DNA of 64,000 nt from the IMG/VR virus record IMGVR_UViG_3300028840_003267; one strand, written 5' to 3'. The notes below the pieces were generated by a model. The model was given only the letters and a program-made list of their open reading frames with translations, ran no database searches and was not told the origin of the DNA. The DNA is from an uncultured virus (IMG/VR IMGVR_UViG_3300028840_003267) (lineage: Duplodnaviria; Heunggongvirae; Uroviricota; Caudoviricetes). Below are positions 28,199 to 37,451 of the stretch, in pieces. Position 1 is the stretch's first letter; each line of letters starts with the position of its first letter. Position numbers and translations under genes: made by a program.

Positions 28199-29992
28199 TC
28201 AAAGTCCTGTGACTTTGCTCTCAGCTCCCAATAAAGTCACTTGACTTTGTCCAACGACATTTCCCTCTCCAGATGAAGTGAGTTCACCTTGCCCTACAAG
28301 AATCATGTCTAAGTGTCTTTTACTAGCTTTCTCTACGCTACCAGGATCTAGATGCATCCCAGGAGGAGAGCTATGGAACTTCGGAGGTCGTGTGGATCTT
28401 CGCTTCCTCTCACGCTGCGCCTTATGTAGCTCCGTAGCTTGCCTAGCTAGTATCTTCTCTCTCCTCGACTTCTTCTTACTTGTAGTCCTCAAAGCAAGGT
28501 CCCTTATACTCGCCGTAGGCTTCTCATAGGCACCACTACCAAAGAGTTCTTGATGTTTCTTGTAGGTAGCATACTCACGGTTAGAAGAAGCTGAGGGAGA
28601 AGATGGAGTGTAGTAGGAAGAGGAAGTACCTTCTTGAAGAAGAAGAGAGTCATAGATGGTACGGAGCTTGCTATTACCCCAAACACTCACATAAATGAGG
28701 CGGGATCTAAAAGTCAACAACAAAAAACGTACATAATCCTCAGCAGAAAGGGCTTCTCCATACAGTTTGTGGCATATCTTCTTCTCATGGAATTCAACGA
28801 CAAGTGACTCCAGATAACCGTTGCGTCGGTCAACATTATACCAGAATCGGTCGTATCCTTCGGGGTCTTTCTTGGGGTCGGGCGGTTCATGCTTGTAGTC
28901 ACGATTGGATTGGGAGTCTTGAGCTTCACGGCAAAGTCTCTCGACGTAGCGGTTGATCTCCATCTCCTCTTCGCGGTCTCTTCTTGTAGGGATGTAGACG
29001 TAGCGGAAGGTCTCCAGGAGACGGATGGCGACGGTCGTGTTGGCGTAGCAAGTCGCGACGAGACCTCCGATAGCGCGCTCAGCGTAGTAGCGCTCGCCTT
29101 CTCGTATTGGCTCTCCTGGGATGATCCAGTCGACGGCTGCGGGGTGCTTCGTGAACTTCTCCCAGCGCTGCTTCGGTAGGGTGAAGCGGAAGAGCTTCAT
29201 GAAGAAGCCTTTGCGGATTCTGGGTGGAAGAGCTTCTGTTGGGTCTAGTGAGGGATGGTCGTTGCATTCGTGTTCCTTACACCAGTGGTGATCTCCATCG
29301 TAGTCACCATCCTCATTCTTGTAGATCTTCTTCTTGTGCTTCCCGTTGTAGATCTCTGTCAGCAGCCAAGAAGGGACATCCGGAAGGTAGAGCTTGCCTT
29401 CGTGATTGAAGCGAGGGGGGTCAAGCCATTCGTAGAGGGCTCCTGATGGATGAAGCGATCCTGGCAGGATGAGGTAGCCTCTGTCAGCGCTTCGGATGTC
29501 GACCTCTCCGTAGGTGGGAAGGATCTTCGCGCACGTGTGAGGGAGGCTGGAGGTATTCTTGAAGAGGAAGTGTATACCCTTCCCACTCTTGTAGGATATG
29601 GCGTTGATACCTCCGTTACGGAGGACTGACCGGAGCAGCTCCCCGCCTTCCATGGTGTCGCAGCCAATCCCTACGATTCCTGACGTCGGACCGCAGATGA
29701 GGGCTATGCCGGAAGCATCGTTGTGGAGGATACGAGTGAACAGCTCCTCCTCTGTGTAGCCAATACCGTCTGAGCGGTTGCGCCAAGGGATACCCTTGCA
29801 TGGGACTTTGGTCCTTCGGACACCTAGAATCGCCGCTCCGACATCGAACCATTGCTCCATCTCTCGTATGAGAGTGCTCTGTTCTGAGCTGTTGAGCTTC
29901 GTTTTCGTGGTTATATTATCCACAGAAGGGACGGGAGAGTTTGTCAAGGTTGCTTTCCTGTTCAGGGTGCGAAGGGCTGTAACCTTGCGCAT
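28199..29992 (-). CDS. bifunctional primase-polymerase (prim-pol)-like protein with PriCT-like region
   Basis: GIALICGPTSGIVGIGCD, SGKGIHFLF, VDIRSADRGYLILPGSLHPSGALYEW, IREGER; start uncertain. Confidence 0.75.
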   Translation of the reverse strand: MRKVTALRTLNRKATLTNSPVPSVDNITTKTKLNSSEQSTLIREMEQWFDVGAAILGVRRTKVPCKGIPWRNRSDGIGYTEEELFTRILHNDASGIALICGPTSGIVGIGCDTMEGGELLRSVLRNGGINAISYKSGKGIHFLFKNTSSLPHTCAKILPTYGEVDIRSADRGYLILPGSLHPSGALYEWLDPPRFNHEGKLYLPDVPSWLLTEIYNGKHKKKIYKNEDGDYDGDHHWCKEHECNDHPSLDPTEALPPRIRKGFFMKLFRFTLPKQRWEKFTKHPAAVDWIIPGEPIREGERYYAERAIGGLVATCYANTTVAIRLLETFRYVYIPTRRDREEEMEINRYVERLCREAQDSQSNRDYKHEPPDPKKDPEGYDRFWYNVDRRNGYLESLVVEFHEKKICHKLYGEALSAEDYVRFLLLTFRSRLIYVSVWGNSKLRTIYDSLLLQEGTSSSYYTPSSPSASSNREYATYKKHQELFGSGAYEKPTASIRDLALRTTSKKKSRREKILARQATELHKAQRERKRRSTRPPKFHSSPPGMHLDPGSVEKASKRHLDMILVGQGELTSSGEGNVVGQSQVTLLGAESKVTGL

Positions 29993-29997
29993 CTAAC

Positions 29998-30040
29998 AAG
30001 GGGCTGGTCATGAATAAAAATGGCTGGCCCCTTTTCTTTG
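29998..30040 (+). terminator. intrinsic terminator-like hairpin
   Basis: GGGGCTGGTCAT-loop-ATGGCTGGCCCC followed by TTTTCTTT; pairs fully (with G-U) only on the + strand. Confidence 0.55.
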
Positions 30041-30156
30041 TTAAAAGTGAAATGTACTAGCTAATTAATAACATGCGACTTCAAGACGGGTAGCGGAACC
30101 CCCTCTAAGACCACCAAGCAGTCGTCAGAGTTGGATAGCTCAAGCTTCTTGAAGAC

Positions 30157-30606
30157 TTACGGGTCAAGAAAAAGATCCATTTTTATTATTTCTCCGTGTT
30201 GGTTGCTGTAATAGACCCGCTTTACCCGCCTCTCTTTCAAGAATCGTTGGCAGTGCTCACAGGGGCGTGCCATCATGTATTGACTACCTGTCTTCGTAAC
30301 ACGCACGACGTAGACGGTGCAGCCCTTCAAGGATGCGGTTCCCCTGAGAGCATTGAGGCACGCGCGCACCTCCGCGCAGATCTGCCAACGTTCCGTCTTC
30401 GCTTGCAGTTTCGGATTCTTGGGGTCCGTCTTCGTGGAGCAAGCTCCGGTTGCGAGGATGCGGCTGCCCTTGGCTACGACAGCTCCAAGGAGGAAAGAGC
30501 AGCCCTCGTCAGTATCCTGGATGGCTGCCCGGTGGGCGATTTCGGCGAGTCTTTCGATACGGCACATGGGGTCTCTCCAACACAAACGACAATCCAACGG
30601 GTCCAA
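30157..30606 (-). CDS. cytidine/dCMP deaminase-fold protein
   Basis: GAVVAKGSRILATG, CAE, VYVVRV, MARPCEHC. Confidence 0.8.
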   Translation of the reverse strand: MDPLDCRLCWRDPMCRIERLAEIAHRAAIQDTDEGCSFLLGAVVAKGSRILATGACSTKTDPKNPKLQAKTERWQICAEVRACLNALRGTASLKGCTVYVVRVTKTGSQYMMARPCEHCQRFLKERRVKRVYYSNQHGEIIKMDLFLDP

Positions 30607-30812
30607 CGGCTGAGCGTTCAGCTAATTGTCTTGCTGAGCGTTCAGGGGTTGGTTTGGATTGTGTGCGTGTGGAGAGTCTCATCCGTCCGGTTCCCTTCTA
30701 CTTCCTTAATAACCTACCACATTTGTTATAGTTTGGGGCACCCTCCGTCTCCTATAACAAAAGTGGCATTGTACTTTGACCAGAAATCCAGTCAAAGTAG
30801 AGAGATGGAGGT

Positions 30813-31073
30813 TTGACCGTGCGAGACTATCAGCTTGGAGACATGGTACGTGTTCGGAACAAGGGCACAGGCGTGCTGCTGGCCATACAGGCACAGCCCA
30901 ACTCGAAGGGGAGAACAGAGCTACGATACAGCGTTCAGATCCCAGGAGAGCAGGAGCTGTGGGTCAATGCTTCGGACCTCTTGGGACGGGTGGAAGCTCC
31001 CCGTGTTCCCCGTGGACCTAAAGGCCCTCAGAGAATACGACGTCGCCCCTCGAAGCAACGGAACGTGGTATGA
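30813..31073 (+). CDS. hypothetical SH3/KOW-like small protein
   Basis: YQLGDMVRV pattern; GGAGG SD; AGTCAAAG upstream. Confidence 0.55.
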   Translation: MTVRDYQLGDMVRVRNKGTGVLLAIQAQPNSKGRTELRYSVQIPGEQELWVNASDLLGRVEAPRVPRGPKGPQRIRRRPSKQRNVV

Positions 31074-31528
31074 AACAGGATCAGAAAGAAGAGCTGAGCG
31101 AGATCCAGAAGCACCTCCTCTCCCTGGAGGCGTCGATTGAGAAGTCGACCTTGAAGCTCGCGCAGCTACGAGACTTGGCTGTGACGTATCCGAACCTCCA
31201 GCGAGGTGAAGACCGCTGGAAGAATGAGCGCTTCTACACGAAGGAGATCACCTCTCATCCGGGTCTTCAAGTATCTCGACGTCGGTCCTGTGGCTGCTGC
31301 CCCGATGCAGCTATCCTGATCGACCCTTTCCTCACTGTCGATGGCGGAGGCTTGCCCATCTCCTGTATCTATACTACCTACAGTGGAATTCAGACGGGAG
31401 TGGACAACAACGGAGATAGATTCCGGGAGCATGAAGCGGTTGTCGCTGATCTGAGGAAAGACGGCTACTCGGAGGACTTCATCCAGAAGCACTTCCCCGC
31501 TTCGGATGATACAGAGAGTGACGACTAG
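31070..31528 (+). CDS. hypothetical protein
   Basis: ATGA coupling; SCGCCPD motif. Confidence 0.7.
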   Translation: MKQDQKEELSEIQKHLLSLEASIEKSTLKLAQLRDLAVTYPNLQRGEDRWKNERFYTKEITSHPGLQVSRRRSCGCCPDAAILIDPFLTVDGGGLPISCIYTTYSGIQTGVDNNGDRFREHEAVVADLRKDGYSEDFIQKHFPASDDTESDD

Positions 31529-32142
31529 GAGTCTCGAACCATAGCATCGACAGCATGTCTAAGGTTCCGTATTGATTGCCGTAGTTTGCGATTCTGGAAG
31601 GCGTTCTCCATCTTCTTCGGCCAACTCCGTACACTGTGCTCCATAGCGTTCGTGAGTTCAATGACGACATCGTAGGTCAAGAGCGCTGTTGTCTTGACCT
31701 TCTGTGGGATGTCTTCCTGTCTCTCTACCTCCGCTTTGAGCTTCTGTGCTCGTGCTCTGAGCTTGGGAGAGGCTTTACCGATGCTCTTGACGGAGCCTTC
31801 GACGAATTCGATGTCGTCATCGTTGTAGTTGAGCAGGCGATCTGAGTAGAGACGCTTGGAGTATTCTTCGACGGTCCTCTCAATCAGGTCCAACTCATCC
31901 CGGATATGACCAGGTTCAAACCAGTGGTCCCCTCCCATGGAGCCGAGGATGCAGTGTGAGGCTTCAGCGATGCGCTGCGCCCCGATCTCGTACTCCGTCC
32001 ATGCTACGTAGCCTCCAGACGAGGGGAGACCTCCATAGGCTTTGGTGCGGAGAGGACAGGAGGATGAGGAGAGAAGCTCTGTGGCGAGGTCGCTGTGTCC
32101 TTCAAGGACAAGCTTGGAGAGAACAGCGGGAAGGTGCTTCAT
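31525..32142 (-). CDS. hypothetical helical protein
   Basis: GAGGAG SD; AGTTAT motif variant upstream. Confidence 0.65.
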   Translation of the reverse strand: MKHLPAVLSKLVLEGHSDLATELLSSSSCPLRTKAYGGLPSSGGYVAWTEYEIGAQRIAEASHCILGSMGGDHWFEPGHIRDELDLIERTVEEYSKRLYSDRLLNYNDDDIEFVEGSVKSIGKASPKLRARAQKLKAEVERQEDIPQKVKTTALLTYDVVIELTNAMEHSVRSWPKKMENAFQNRKLRQSIRNLRHAVDAMVRDS

Positions 32143-32194
32143 GGAGATCTCCTCAAAGATAGATAACTTCCGGACGAACTGGTCAAAGTTTGGT

Positions 32195-32428
32195 ATGAGC
32201 CACTTCGCCGTAGGATTCCGACCAGTAGTGACTCCGGAGTATAGAGCCTACTGTCCGGAATGTGGGGAAGAGCTTCTTCCAGAGACTGAGGTTGAAGCTG
32301 CTACAGGAAAAGGGTCCTGGAGCCATCTCCCGTTGACGGGAGATATGGCTTCTTGTAGAGGGCGTCCGTATGTCTTGTATAGTGGACTGTTGGACGAAGA
32401 TGATGTCCGTCTAGAGCGTCAGGCGTAG
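32195..32428 (+). CDS. hypothetical zinc-ribbon protein
   Basis: ATG 6 nt after GGTCAAAG; YCPECG. Confidence 0.55.
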   Translation: MSHFAVGFRPVVTPEYRAYCPECGEELLPETEVEAATGKGSWSHLPLTGDMASCRGRPYVLYSGLLDEDDVRLERQA

Positions 32429-32625
32429 GAGGGGAGTTGGCTGCGGTCCAGCCGCCGCTGGGTCTTGCCTTGGAGAACGAGGCAACGTGCTACGAGATGA
32501 CCTCCGAGGTCGTTTTCACGGGCAATCTCGACGGCGCGCTTGGCAGCGAGGTGAGCTTCGTGCACGTTTCCGCTCGTGCTCTTGGCCATACGGAGAAGGT
32601 CTTGAACTTTCTGCGTCTTATCCAT
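32419..32625 (-). CDS. DUF2786-like small protein
   Basis: KVQDLLRMAKSTSGNVHEAHLAAKRA resembles the DUF2786 pattern. Confidence 0.55.
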   Translation of the reverse strand: MDKTQKVQDLLRMAKSTSGNVHEAHLAAKRAVEIARENDLGGHLVARCLVLQGKTQRRLDRSQLPSYA

Positions 32626-32893
32626 GGTTCTCCCCTTCCTCGAAGATCTTGAGAGCCATTTCGAGACCGAGAACAACGCCGTAGTCTTCGGTCTGTTGGG
32701 CTCTCTCTTGAGCATCCAGAGGTTCGCGTTCTGCTCGCTTCTTCGCCTTTCTCAGCACTGCGCACAGCTCATTGTAGCGGGAACGCACGCAATCGCTAGC
32801 GTATTCAATGCCTCGTGCCATCTTCTCGTTGGATTCTCCGAGGCTCCTGGCGCTATCTGCGGCTTCGTCCAGCTTGTCAAAAATTGATGTCAT
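32618..32893 (-). CDS. hypothetical protein
   Basis: AAGGAG SD, ATGA coupling. Confidence 0.6.
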   Translation of the reverse strand: MTSIFDKLDEAADSARSLGESNEKMARGIEYASDCVRSRYNELCAVLRKAKKRAEREPLDAQERAQQTEDYGVVLGLEMALKIFEEGENHG

Positions 32894-33114
32894 GACGGCT
32901 CTCCTTCTTTGTCTTCCAGAGCGTGGAGATAGCCGATGTTGACCAGCATCTCGAACTGATCATCTGTCGTGCTGTTCTGCATCAGCCTCCTCCAAGCCGC
33001 TGCCCCGGCTTCAATGTCTTTTCCGAAGCGAAGGTGAATCAATCTCGCTAGGCGAGTGTGATCTCTGTATGAGAAGGTCTCGCCGCAAGTTGTCGTGATG
33101 CTTCCGTTATCCAT
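32890..33114 (-). CDS. early hypothetical protein
   Basis: After conserved cassette. Confidence 0.65.
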   Translation of the reverse strand: MDNGSITTTCGETFSYRDHTRLARLIHLRFGKDIEAGAAAWRRLMQNSTTDDQFEMLVNIGYLHALEDKEGEPS

Positions 33115-33167
33115 TCTCTCCTCCAACCAACTGAGACCACACTACCAGAATGCCCTACCCCTGTCAA
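33112..33167 (-). promoter_or_regulatory. sigma70-type promoter/RBS cassette (copy 5)
   Basis: TTGACA-17nt-TAGTGT, GTTGGTTGGAGG. Confidence 0.85.
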
Positions 33168-33217
33168 CAAGAATCGTCTACCCAGGGCTACTGAGTAGAC
33201 AAATCCTGGCTATCTCC

Positions 33218-33460
33218 CTACCGTCGAGAAGACATGCTCCCGTCAGCGATGGGGAAGTGGGAGAGTACCTCCATGTTCCCTTCCCGAGCCTCGGTCTGCG
33301 TGACGATAACCATCTTGTCGCCATCCATCGCTACGCAGCGATGTCGCATCTGCGATGGGTAGACCTGCTCTCGGACGTCTGCGTTGTTCGCCCCTTCAAC
33401 AGCTCCGATCAAGGGAAGACCTGATGGGGATGCGCCGATCCAAATCTGATAGTTCGCCAT
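33218..33460 (-). CDS. early hypothetical protein
   Basis: After conserved cassette. Confidence 0.65.
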   Translation of the reverse strand: MANYQIWIGASPSGLPLIGAVEGANNADVREQVYPSQMRHRCVAMDGDKMVIVTQTEAREGNMEVLSHFPIADGSMSSRR

Positions 33461-33512
33461 GCTTTCCTCCAACTGATAGAAACACCCTACCAGAATGGAG
33501 CGGCTCCGTCAA
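33458..33512 (-). promoter_or_regulatory. sigma70-type promoter/RBS cassette (copy 6)
   Basis: TTGACG-17nt-TAGGGT, GTTGGAGGAAAGCATG. Confidence 0.8.
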
Positions 33513-33591
33513 CCAGAATCGCCACCGCAGCCCCTATTAAGAAGGTAGATACCTTCAAGTATGAAAAGAGATCTGACCTTCAAGAAATGTG

Positions 33592-33647
33592 TTGACAGGA
33601 ACAAGGGATTCTTGTAGGGTGTTTCTAGTTGGTTGGAGGACAGAATG
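33592..33647 (+). promoter_or_regulatory. sigma70-type promoter/RBS cassette (copy 7) driving ardC
   Basis: TTGACA-17nt-TAGGGT, GTTGGTTGGAGG. Confidence 0.85.
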
Positions 33648-34622
33648 AAAAAGCGCAGCAGAGACGCCCAAGCGGAACAGATTGAGATGATTCTTGAGCA
33701 GCTCGAAAAGGGCGTTGCTCCTTGGGTCAAGCCCTGGCAAACGTTGGGTAATCAGCGGAACGCAGGTACTGGTCGTGGATACAACGGTGGAAACGCTGTG
33801 TATCTCAGCGCCGTCATGTCTTCTCTCGGCTACAATACGCCTCTCTGGGTCACAGCGAAGCAGGCAACGGCTCTCGGGGGACACGTCAAGGGTCGCAAGA
33901 CGCGCAACGGTGAAGTTGTTCAGGAAGACGAGTACAACAACTCTTGGGCAGTCATATGGTTCCGTCCCAACGAGCGCACCAAGCTCGACTCCGACGGCAA
34001 CCCTGTCCTCGACGATAACGGCGACGAAGAGACGGTCACTTCCTGGATGCGCGGCGTTCAGTTCGTCTACAACGTCGAGCAGACCACCATCGACCCCAAG
34101 AAGTACACGAAATTGCTCCCGGCTGCGACGAAGACTCAGCTTGAGCGTAACGACGAGATCGAAGCCTTCTTGTCCAAGGTCCACAAGAGCTGCGGCTTCA
34201 AGCTCCAGTTCGGTGGAGACCGCGCTTGCTACAGCAGCATGACTGACCGCATCAGCGTTCCCGAGCTTGACCGCTTCAAGTCCTCGGAAGACTTCTACGC
34301 GACTCAGATTCACGAATTCGCCCACGCTACCGGTCATAAGAGCCGCCTCAACCGACCGCTCAACAACGTCTTTGGCTCGAAGTCCTACGCCGAAGAGGAA
34401 TTGGTTGCGGAGCTGACCGCAGCGTTCGTTGGCGCGGACTTCCAGATTGACGGGCAGTGCCAACATCCAGAATATTTGGCGAATTGGTTCGAGGCTGTCA
34501 GCAAAGACAAGCGCATCTTCAACCGAGCTGCCTCCAAGGCGAAGAAGGCTGCGGACTTCCTCCGCAAGGCAGCCGCGCCGAAGAAGGCCAAGAAGTCCGA
34601 GGCGTCCAAGAAAGCCGCCTAG
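33645..34622 (+). CDS. ardC: ArdC-like antirestriction protein (ssDNA-binding domain plus zincin-like domain)
   Basis: LEKGVAPWVKPW, TGRGYNGGN, WVTAKQATALGGHV, VYNVEQT, HEFAHATGHKSRLNR, YAEEELVAEL. Confidence 0.9.
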   Translation: MKKRSRDAQAEQIEMILEQLEKGVAPWVKPWQTLGNQRNAGTGRGYNGGNAVYLSAVMSSLGYNTPLWVTAKQATALGGHVKGRKTRNGEVVQEDEYNNSWAVIWFRPNERTKLDSDGNPVLDDNGDEETVTSWMRGVQFVYNVEQTTIDPKKYTKLLPAATKTQLERNDEIEAFLSKVHKSCGFKLQFGGDRACYSSMTDRISVPELDRFKSSEDFYATQIHEFAHATGHKSRLNRPLNNVFGSKSYAEEELVAELTAAFVGADFQIDGQCQHPEYLANWFEAVSKDKRIFNRAASKAKKAADFLRKAAAPKKAKKSEASKKAA

Positions 34623-34658
34623 TCTTTCCTCCTCCAACAAACTCAGTCAAAGTAGATC

Positions 34659-35852
34659 ATGCCTCGAAAATATCCAGTCTGGGAACGAAAGCTCATCTAC
34701 ATGGTCCGTGCTGGGTCGCACGCCTACGGCACCTCTACTCCCGTGAGTGACATCGACCTTCGTGGGATCTGCCTTCTCGACCGTGAGAACGTGTACGGGA
34801 ACCAACGCTTCCAGCAGTACGAACCAAAGAAAGAAGCCAAGAAGGTCAACGATATCGTCGTTTATGGCGTGATCAAGTTCTTGAATCTGGCTGCCACCTG
34901 CAACCCGAACATCATTGAGCTGTTCGCCATCGACGATGGGAACATCCTCTACATGGATGACCTCATGGAGAGGATTCGGAGCAAGATCGATCTCTTCTTG
35001 ACGTTGAAGGCTCGGCATTCCTTCTCGGGGTACGCATTCGCACAGCTCAAGCTGATCGAACGGCACCGCAAGTATCTCTTGAATCCGCCGAAGGCTCCTC
35101 CGCAGCGGTCAGCTTTTGGTCTCCCGGAGCACCGCTCCGTGATTGGGGCTGATGAGATGAACGCGTACATGTGGCTTGTGACGCAGCTCCTAGAGCAGAC
35201 CGCAGCAGGTTCCAAGCTCTCGCAGTCTACCAAGGATGAGCTGGATGGGATTGACTGGACGGGGATGGTCCAGAGCGCTCAGCTTCCGGAGAACTGTGCT
35301 CCTGTCCTCAAAGACCTAACTGCTGTCTCCGAGGAGATGATCCAGGCTGTCATGGCTGAGAGGCGCTACAAGAATGCCATGAAGCAGTGGCAGGGCTACC
35401 AGGAGTGGAAGAAGAATCGACATCCGGAGCGCGCCAAGCTGGAAGCGAAGTTCGGCTATGACACGAAGAATGCACTCCACCTCTGTCGTCTCATGAATAT
35501 GGGGATCGAGATTCTGGAAGGCAAAGGGGTCATCGTCAAGCGTCCTGAAGCAGAGTGGTTGCTGAGCATCCTCCGTGGCGCGATGAAGTACGAAGAGCTG
35601 GTGGAGTGGGCCAAGAAGAAGGACAAGGAGATCATCGTCGCCGAAGCCAACTCGAAGCTCCCGCATGATCCTGACTTCAAGAAGATTGAAGAGCTTCAGA
35701 TGGAGCTGGTTGAAGAGGGGCTCAGCGGATTCGACGCTCCGATCGGTCTTCTCCATGATCTCAAGATCCTTGGAGAAAAGTACGACTACGAGAATCCCTG
35801 GTCTACGGTGAAGCAGCCTAAAGAGGGGAAGAAGCGAAGAAAGAGAGCGTGA
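34659..35852 (+). CDS. Pol-beta superfamily nucleotidyltransferase (YcgL/RlaP-like)
   Basis: GSHAYGTSTPVSDIDLRGI, CNPNIIELF, GYDTKNALHLCRL. Confidence 0.88.
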   Translation: MPRKYPVWERKLIYMVRAGSHAYGTSTPVSDIDLRGICLLDRENVYGNQRFQQYEPKKEAKKVNDIVVYGVIKFLNLAATCNPNIIELFAIDDGNILYMDDLMERIRSKIDLFLTLKARHSFSGYAFAQLKLIERHRKYLLNPPKAPPQRSAFGLPEHRSVIGADEMNAYMWLVTQLLEQTAAGSKLSQSTKDELDGIDWTGMVQSAQLPENCAPVLKDLTAVSEEMIQAVMAERRYKNAMKQWQGYQEWKKNRHPERAKLEAKFGYDTKNALHLCRLMNMGIEILEGKGVIVKRPEAEWLLSILRGAMKYEELVEWAKKKDKEIIVAEANSKLPHDPDFKKIEELQMELVEEGLSGFDAPIGLLHDLKILGEKYDYENPWSTVKQPKEGKKRRKRA

Positions 35853-35853
35853 G

Positions 35854-36045
35854 ATGAGTGTGCAGACAAGGGCTGATGAGAACATCGAAAAGGCCACAGA
35901 ACTCCTGACTGAGGCGCGGGACCTTCTCTATGAGACCGTGCTCCAAGAATGTTGGGGATGGGAAGATTACAACGAGGAGTATCAAGAGAAGGTCAAGTCC
36001 TCCTTCTTTGATTTGGCTCACATTGTAGACAGGGTGAAACGATGA
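35854..36045 (+). CDS. hypothetical protein
   Basis: Packed + operon. Confidence 0.55.
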   Translation: MSVQTRADENIEKATELLTEARDLLYETVLQECWGWEDYNEEYQEKVKSSFFDLAHIVDRVKR

Positions 36046-36413
36046 TTTCTGATAATTTGCAAGAAATTTCCGAACGATACAAGAATATCGTATGGGAAGG
36101 AAAAACTTGGAATGAGGTTGGAGAGGGTTGGGTAGACCTCGTCTATAGAACGATGGATGATATCTACTCTGTTTCAAACGGGGAGAAAGTGACCATCCAT
36201 CAGGTTAAAGAGAAGTTCGGATACCTGAATATCTACTTTGAGTGTGAGGACAAAGACTTACAGTCTAAGATTGGTATGATTGTAAGAAGAGCTTCTGAGC
36301 GCTCAAAGACTCTCTGTGAGCAGTGTGGGGCTCCAGGTACCCATCGCAAAGAAGGGCATAGGTGGCTAACCTGCTGCTATTCGTGCGGGAAGTTGGAAGG
36401 TTCCGATGATTGA
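36042..36413 (+). CDS. hypothetical phage protein (QVKEKFG family)
   Basis: GEGW, QVKEKFGYLNIY, CEQCGAPG. Confidence 0.75.
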   Translation: MISDNLQEISERYKNIVWEGKTWNEVGEGWVDLVYRTMDDIYSVSNGEKVTIHQVKEKFGYLNIYFECEDKDLQSKIGMIVRRASERSKTLCEQCGAPGTHRKEGHRWLTCCYSCGKLEGSDD

Positions 36414-36600
36414 GAGAAGGTGTTCGTGCGGCTGCGAGGGATCGGCTGTCTACCGAGTGAAGAGTGAAGATCTCGACGGAACACGCTTCACGGAATACTG
36501 CTGTAGGTCTGCCTTTGCCTACCTCTCTGAGTGCGCTACAGAGGCAGAGAAGCCCTTCGAGTGGGATTACATTCTCACATTGGACGACAATGAAGACTGA
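36406..36600 (+). CDS. hypothetical Cys-rich protein
   Basis: Packed + operon. Confidence 0.5.
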   Translation: MIERRCSCGCEGSAVYRVKSEDLDGTRFTEYCCRSAFAYLSECATEAEKPFEWDYILTLDDNED

Positions 36601-37018
36601 CCTGGATGTCTACTTCTTCGGTGTGTGGCCTGACAACAAAGCTGGACACTGCACTCACTACCAAGAGGTTGGTGTCAGTCAGTGTAAGCATCAGCGCCCT
36701 CTTCCGTTCAATCGGATAGGTCCCTTCGACAATATCGACGCGAATTTTGCTCCAGACCAATGCCACAGATACAAAGAAGGAGCCGCAGCCCTCCACTACA
36801 AGAATAGCGGTGACACTATCTGGACCTGTCTTGCCTTCTGGGATACGTCTGGAGACCACCGTCCCAACAGCAACTCGAACTTCTTCATCGCACAGGAGTG
36901 CACCTTCGAGCAAATGCTTGAACTTGTTGAGGAAAGATTCCCAACCATCTGGAAGCGCCTAAAAGTGAGGCCCTTTCTTGTCCAGTCTGCGGAGAAACCT
37001 AGTCAAAGTAGGGTATGA
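36590..37018 (+). CDS. hypothetical protein
   Basis: Start moved to MKTDLDV; WTCLAFWDTSGDHRPNSNSNF. Confidence 0.65.
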   Translation: MKTDLDVYFFGVWPDNKAGHCTHYQEVGVSQCKHQRPLPFNRIGPFDNIDANFAPDQCHRYKEGAAALHYKNSGDTIWTCLAFWDTSGDHRPNSNSNFFIAQECTFEQMLELVEERFPTIWKRLKVRPFLVQSAEKPSQSRV

Positions 37019-37443
37019 AGAAGGACCTCAAGCACCTCAAGCTAGATCTCCCCGCGACAGTCTATGCTGAAGAGATCATCCGTGCCTTTGCTGATGATGT
37101 CAACGAGGACAACTTCATTCAGACCATAGTTGAGCTGTTGGAGGCGCGTGACGAGGACGATGTTCTTGTGACGGCGATCTTGACCCTTCTCCTGTCCTTC
37201 GTGAAGAAGCCGACATTTGATAGCACGGAATTCTTCCGTCTTTCTTCCAGCTTGAACGCGATGGTGGGGTGGTGCAAGAAGATGGAAGGTCCTGATGTCT
37301 ATGCTACTCCGAATGAGGAGCAGCAGTCCTACATACTCGACTCTGTAGGGGGTTTTCTGTTTGAGTTGGAGCAAGCGGAGCAAGAAGCCGCTGACCATCG
37401 AAAGCTGATAGCCCAGAAAAAGAAGCAAGGGCTGATTAACTGA
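37015..37443 (+). CDS. hypothetical protein
   Basis: ATG 6 nt after AGTCAAAG. Confidence 0.7.
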   Translation: MKKDLKHLKLDLPATVYAEEIIRAFADDVNEDNFIQTIVELLEARDEDDVLVTAILTLLLSFVKKPTFDSTEFFRLSSSLNAMVGWCKKMEGPDVYATPNEEQQSYILDSVGGFLFELEQAEQEAADHRKLIAQKKKQGLIN

Positions 37444-37451
37444 GGGATGCA

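Noticed and set aside
27890..28303. Clustered CTACAAGAAT copies as a CRISPR array (TCTTGTAG resembles the end of Cas12a repeats)
   Set aside because: Only 8-14 bp are shared, spacing is irregular, and most copies lie inside ORFs; no repeat-spacer structure.
29916..29924. Perfect DnaA box TTATCCACA near the prim-pol start
   Set aside because: A single copy is close to chance expectation in 64 kb; no cluster seen.
30805..30816. Mini-ORF ATG GAG GTT TGA after AGTCAAAG
   Set aside because: Explained by the GGAGG SD and TTG start of the downstream gene.
33555..34640. Long antisense ORFs (also 14128-15384, 15372-16205, 60281-61417, 555-1172)
   Set aside because: Shadows of strongly codon-biased genes on the opposite strand; no recognisable motifs.
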